DNA of 60,211 bases, filler included, from Actinomycetota bacterium (GTDB lineage Bacteria > Actinomycetota > Acidimicrobiia > IMCC26256 > VFJJ01), in assembly GCA_009886115.1 (NCBI GenBank). It is 4 parts of 4 records of this genome, joined end to end, with 100 filler letters (N's around TTAATTAATTAA, not from the genome) between each part and the next. Parts side by side here need not be neighbours in the genome. Positions count along the whole stretch, not along the records: positions 51,900 to 60,211 come from VFJJ01000067.1; 3 more parts are not named here. One strand, 5' to 3'. The notes below the pieces were generated by a model. It was not told where the DNA came from. It saw only the letters and a list, made by a program, of their open reading frames with translations, and made no database searches. A program made the translations under genes and the position numbers. Positions 58,100-60,211 of this stretch are shown here, in pieces; the first letter of the stretch is position 1, and each line of letters starts with the position of its first letter.

Positions 58100-58575
58100 C
58101 ACTGCTCCTTGTGGGGTTGTCGCTGAGAAGGTAGTGCCGGATCGACGGTGGGACCGCAGGCAGGGCAGATGCCGCGGAACACCACCTCGGCCGGACTGAG
58201 GTCGAAGCCCTGCCTGTCGGCGTCGTCGAGCTCGAGCCCGGGGAACTCGACCATGAGGTCGCGCACCGCCGAGCACCGCCGACACACCAGGTGGTGATGG
58301 CGCCCGCCGACCACGTTGGTCTCGATGCGCAGCGATCCCAGACCCAGATCGAGCAGCGCGATCTCACCCATGGCCTCGAGCTCGTGCATGGTCTGGTACA
58401 CGGTCTTCAACGAGATCGTCGGCATCTCGGCCGCCACTTCGTCGTACACCGCCTCGACGGTGGGATGCCCGTCCGATCGGGCGAGCACCTCGAAGATCGA
58501 TTGGCGCTGCGGCGTCATCCGAAGCCCGCTCTCACGAAAGCTCCTCGTCAACGCCACCGCCGATCGCACAGACAC
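58099..58575 (-). CDS. Fur/PerR family transcriptional regulator
   Basis: [30 protein letters not shown]. Confidence 0.93.
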
Positions 58576-58683
58576 ACCCTATCTACTATCAACAACTGCT
58601 AGCAAGAACCAATTGACCCTCGGAGGCCCGGGCAGCCCATCGCCCCACCCGCATCGATCGACCGTCACCAGGCAGCGACGAGA

Positions 58684-58724
58684 ACGAACCGGCCCAGTCG
58701 TCACGAACCGGCCCAGTCGTCACG
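58684..58724. repeat. 19-bp tandem duplication
   Basis: ACGAACCGGCCCAGTCGTC twice, spanning the stop of 58701..59846. Confidence 0.85.
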
Positions 58725-59846
58725 GATCCCCACCAGGCGGACGGCGAGCTCGGAGCGCAGGGATCCGAGCAACCGTTCGGTCACCGGAAGCACGTCTCTC
58801 GCGGGGACGGCCACCACGAGGCGACCGCCGCGGCCGTCGACCGCACAGGCGAGCCAGACCTCGGCCGCCGCGGCGGCGAGCGCCAGATCAGGTCCGACCG
58901 CGCAGACGACGACGGTGCCGTCATCGCCGACGGATCGGGCAGCCGCGATCAACCAGTCGTCGAGGTTCGCCGGAGCCCGGAGTGAGATCAGGGGCTCGAG
59001 GCGGGTCGACGAATCCAGCCCGGCCAGCCCGGGATCCTCGACGATCCGCTGGAGCATCCAGCGCTCGCGACGAAGCGTCCGAGCGGGATGCGGCGAGGCG
59101 TCGACCCGACGGCGTCGGTCGACCTCGGCGACGACCGACTCGATCGCTCGGACGTGATGATCGACCGAGCCGTGGTCGACGATCCGCGCCCCCTCGAGCT
59201 CGTAGCGCACCTCGCGGTCGATCCGGCCCACGCCCAGCTCGAGGATGGGACCGCGATCATCATCGCCGACGAGCCGCCCGACCTCGAGCCCGCGAACGGT
59301 CAGCGCCACGCCGTCGGCCTCCTGTTCGGCCGCGACCAGCGGCACTCGCTCGGCAAGGGCCTCGAGGAGCGCACGCTGCTCGCCACCCTGGACCGATCGG
59401 TCGACCAGCGCCGATCGCACCCCGTGTCGGCGCACGTTGTCGGCCTCGCCGATCGCGCTCGGGACGAGCACCGGGTCGAGCCTGGCGCCGCGTACGGCCC
59501 ACACGTTGGGGGCGTTCGTGAAGCACGAGGCCAGCTCGCCCACGATCTGCGTGGGAACCTCGTCAAGATCGACCACGATGTGTCGTCGTTCGGCCGCGCA
59601 CAGCGCCATCCGACCCAGCGATCGGTAAGCGTCGTGGATGCTAGGGTCGCTGACCAGGGACCAGACGGCTCCATCGGTCGTCCGCGCGGCTCCCGGATCT
59701 TGGTCATCAAGGAACCCCAGATCGGCGTCGACAGTACGGACCAAGGCACGAAGCTTGGCCATCGATCTCGGGCTCATCTCTCTCCGACGTTCAGCTTCAC
59801 GCATCGCGATACTCGTACCCGGACGATCCTGCCCCAATGTGCTCAC
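58701..59846 (-). CDS. Hypothetical protein (start uncertain)
   Basis: 381-aa ORF with protein-like composition; GLEVGR, ELGVGRIDRE, ERW. Confidence 0.65.
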   Translation of the reverse strand: MSTLGQDRPGTSIAMREAERRREMSPRSMAKLRALVRTVDADLGFLDDQDPGAARTTDGAVWSLVSDPSIHDAYRSLGRMALCAAERRHIVVDLDEVPTQIVGELASCFTNAPNVWAVRGARLDPVLVPSAIGEADNVRRHGVRSALVDRSVQGGEQRALLEALAERVPLVAAEQEADGVALTVRGLEVGRLVGDDDRGPILELGVGRIDREVRYELEGARIVDHGSVDHHVRAIESVVAEVDRRRRVDASPHPARTLRRERWMLQRIVEDPGLAGLDSSTRLEPLISLRAPANLDDWLIAAARSVGDDGTVVVCAVGPDLALAAAAAEVWLACAVDGRGGRLVVAVPARDVLPVTERLLGSLRSELAVRLVGIRDDWAGS

Positions 59847-59960
59847 ACGTCACCCAACGCATCGGCAAGTTGCTAGGCTCCGGGACGCCGCAAGGCTAAC
59901 TCCCGACTCCTGTTGCGATGCGGACTCGTGTCCTCCGCCGATCAAGGCCAGCACTCACCC

Positions 59961-60211
59961 ATGGCGCTCCCCCAGATCACAAGCACGTCGAAACGACGGA
60001 GTTGGAGCATCGCTCGGAGTGGAGCGGTTCTCTTCTTCATCGACATGATCTCCTGGGCCATCGCGTTGCCGATCGCCACCGCCTTGCGGTACGACTTCCA
60101 TCTCGACCAAGCGGCCTGGCACGGGCTCTTCAAGATGGTCCCGATCGCCTTGGGGATCCAACTCGTCGCCGGGTTTTCCATCGGTCTCTACCGGGGCCGG
60201 TGGAGGATCGG
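59961..60211 (+). CDS. CapD/PglF-like nucleoside-diphosphate sugar dehydratase, N-terminus (runs off window)
   Basis: Manual translation ..FIDMISWAIALPIATALRYDF..GLYRGRWRI, typical N-terminal TM region. Confidence 0.7.
   Translation, partial: MALPQITSTSKRRSWSIARSGAVLFFIDMISWAIALPIATALRYDFHLDQAAWHGLFKMVPIALGIQLVAGFSIGLYRGRWRI

Overview
High-GC actinobacterial sequence, probably Acidimicrobiia-like (inferred from gene content, not verified). It is four contigs joined by artificial N-TTAATTAATTAA-N spacers (18635-18734, 42893-42992, 51800-51899), so adjacency across the spacers means nothing. Contig 1 (1-18634) opens with a decayed island at tRNA-Pro(GGG): intact AbiEi antitoxin, broken AbiEii toxin, a DUF5678-like plus retropepsin-like pair between two degenerate direct repeats, and a truncated tyrosine integrase. 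Core genes follow (SDR, DUF4202, sulfite/nitrite reductase, der, DUF512, ispH, plsC-like, cmk, aroA, tyrA, aroH), along with a small-protein/nucleotidyltransferase pair and a DUF222/serpin scar. Contig 2 (18735-42892) has an ABC-F ATPase, two divergent MazEF modules, an acyl-CoA ligase, a secreted beta-propeller behind an 11-bp-period PHO-box-like array, stand-alone motAB, a K+-independent H+-PPase, amt with an atypical P-II, a CoA-catabolic cluster, Uma2 and two HDOD genes. Contig 3 (42993-51799) has fused IS256/IS1634 remnants and a GDP-heptose-type glycan cluster. Contig 4 (51900-60211) has a Tat-exported G8 protein, prfA-prmC, fur-rubrerythrin-DUF3501 and the start of a CapD-like gene. The best candidates for undescribed biology are the repeat-delimited island cassettes, a dispersed sigma28/WhiG-type regulon (motAB, HDOD pair, possibly G8), the PafBC-type promoter on Uma2 and the degenerate P-II. 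No CRISPR array or rRNA was seen. All family calls come from motif recognition by eye, not database searches.
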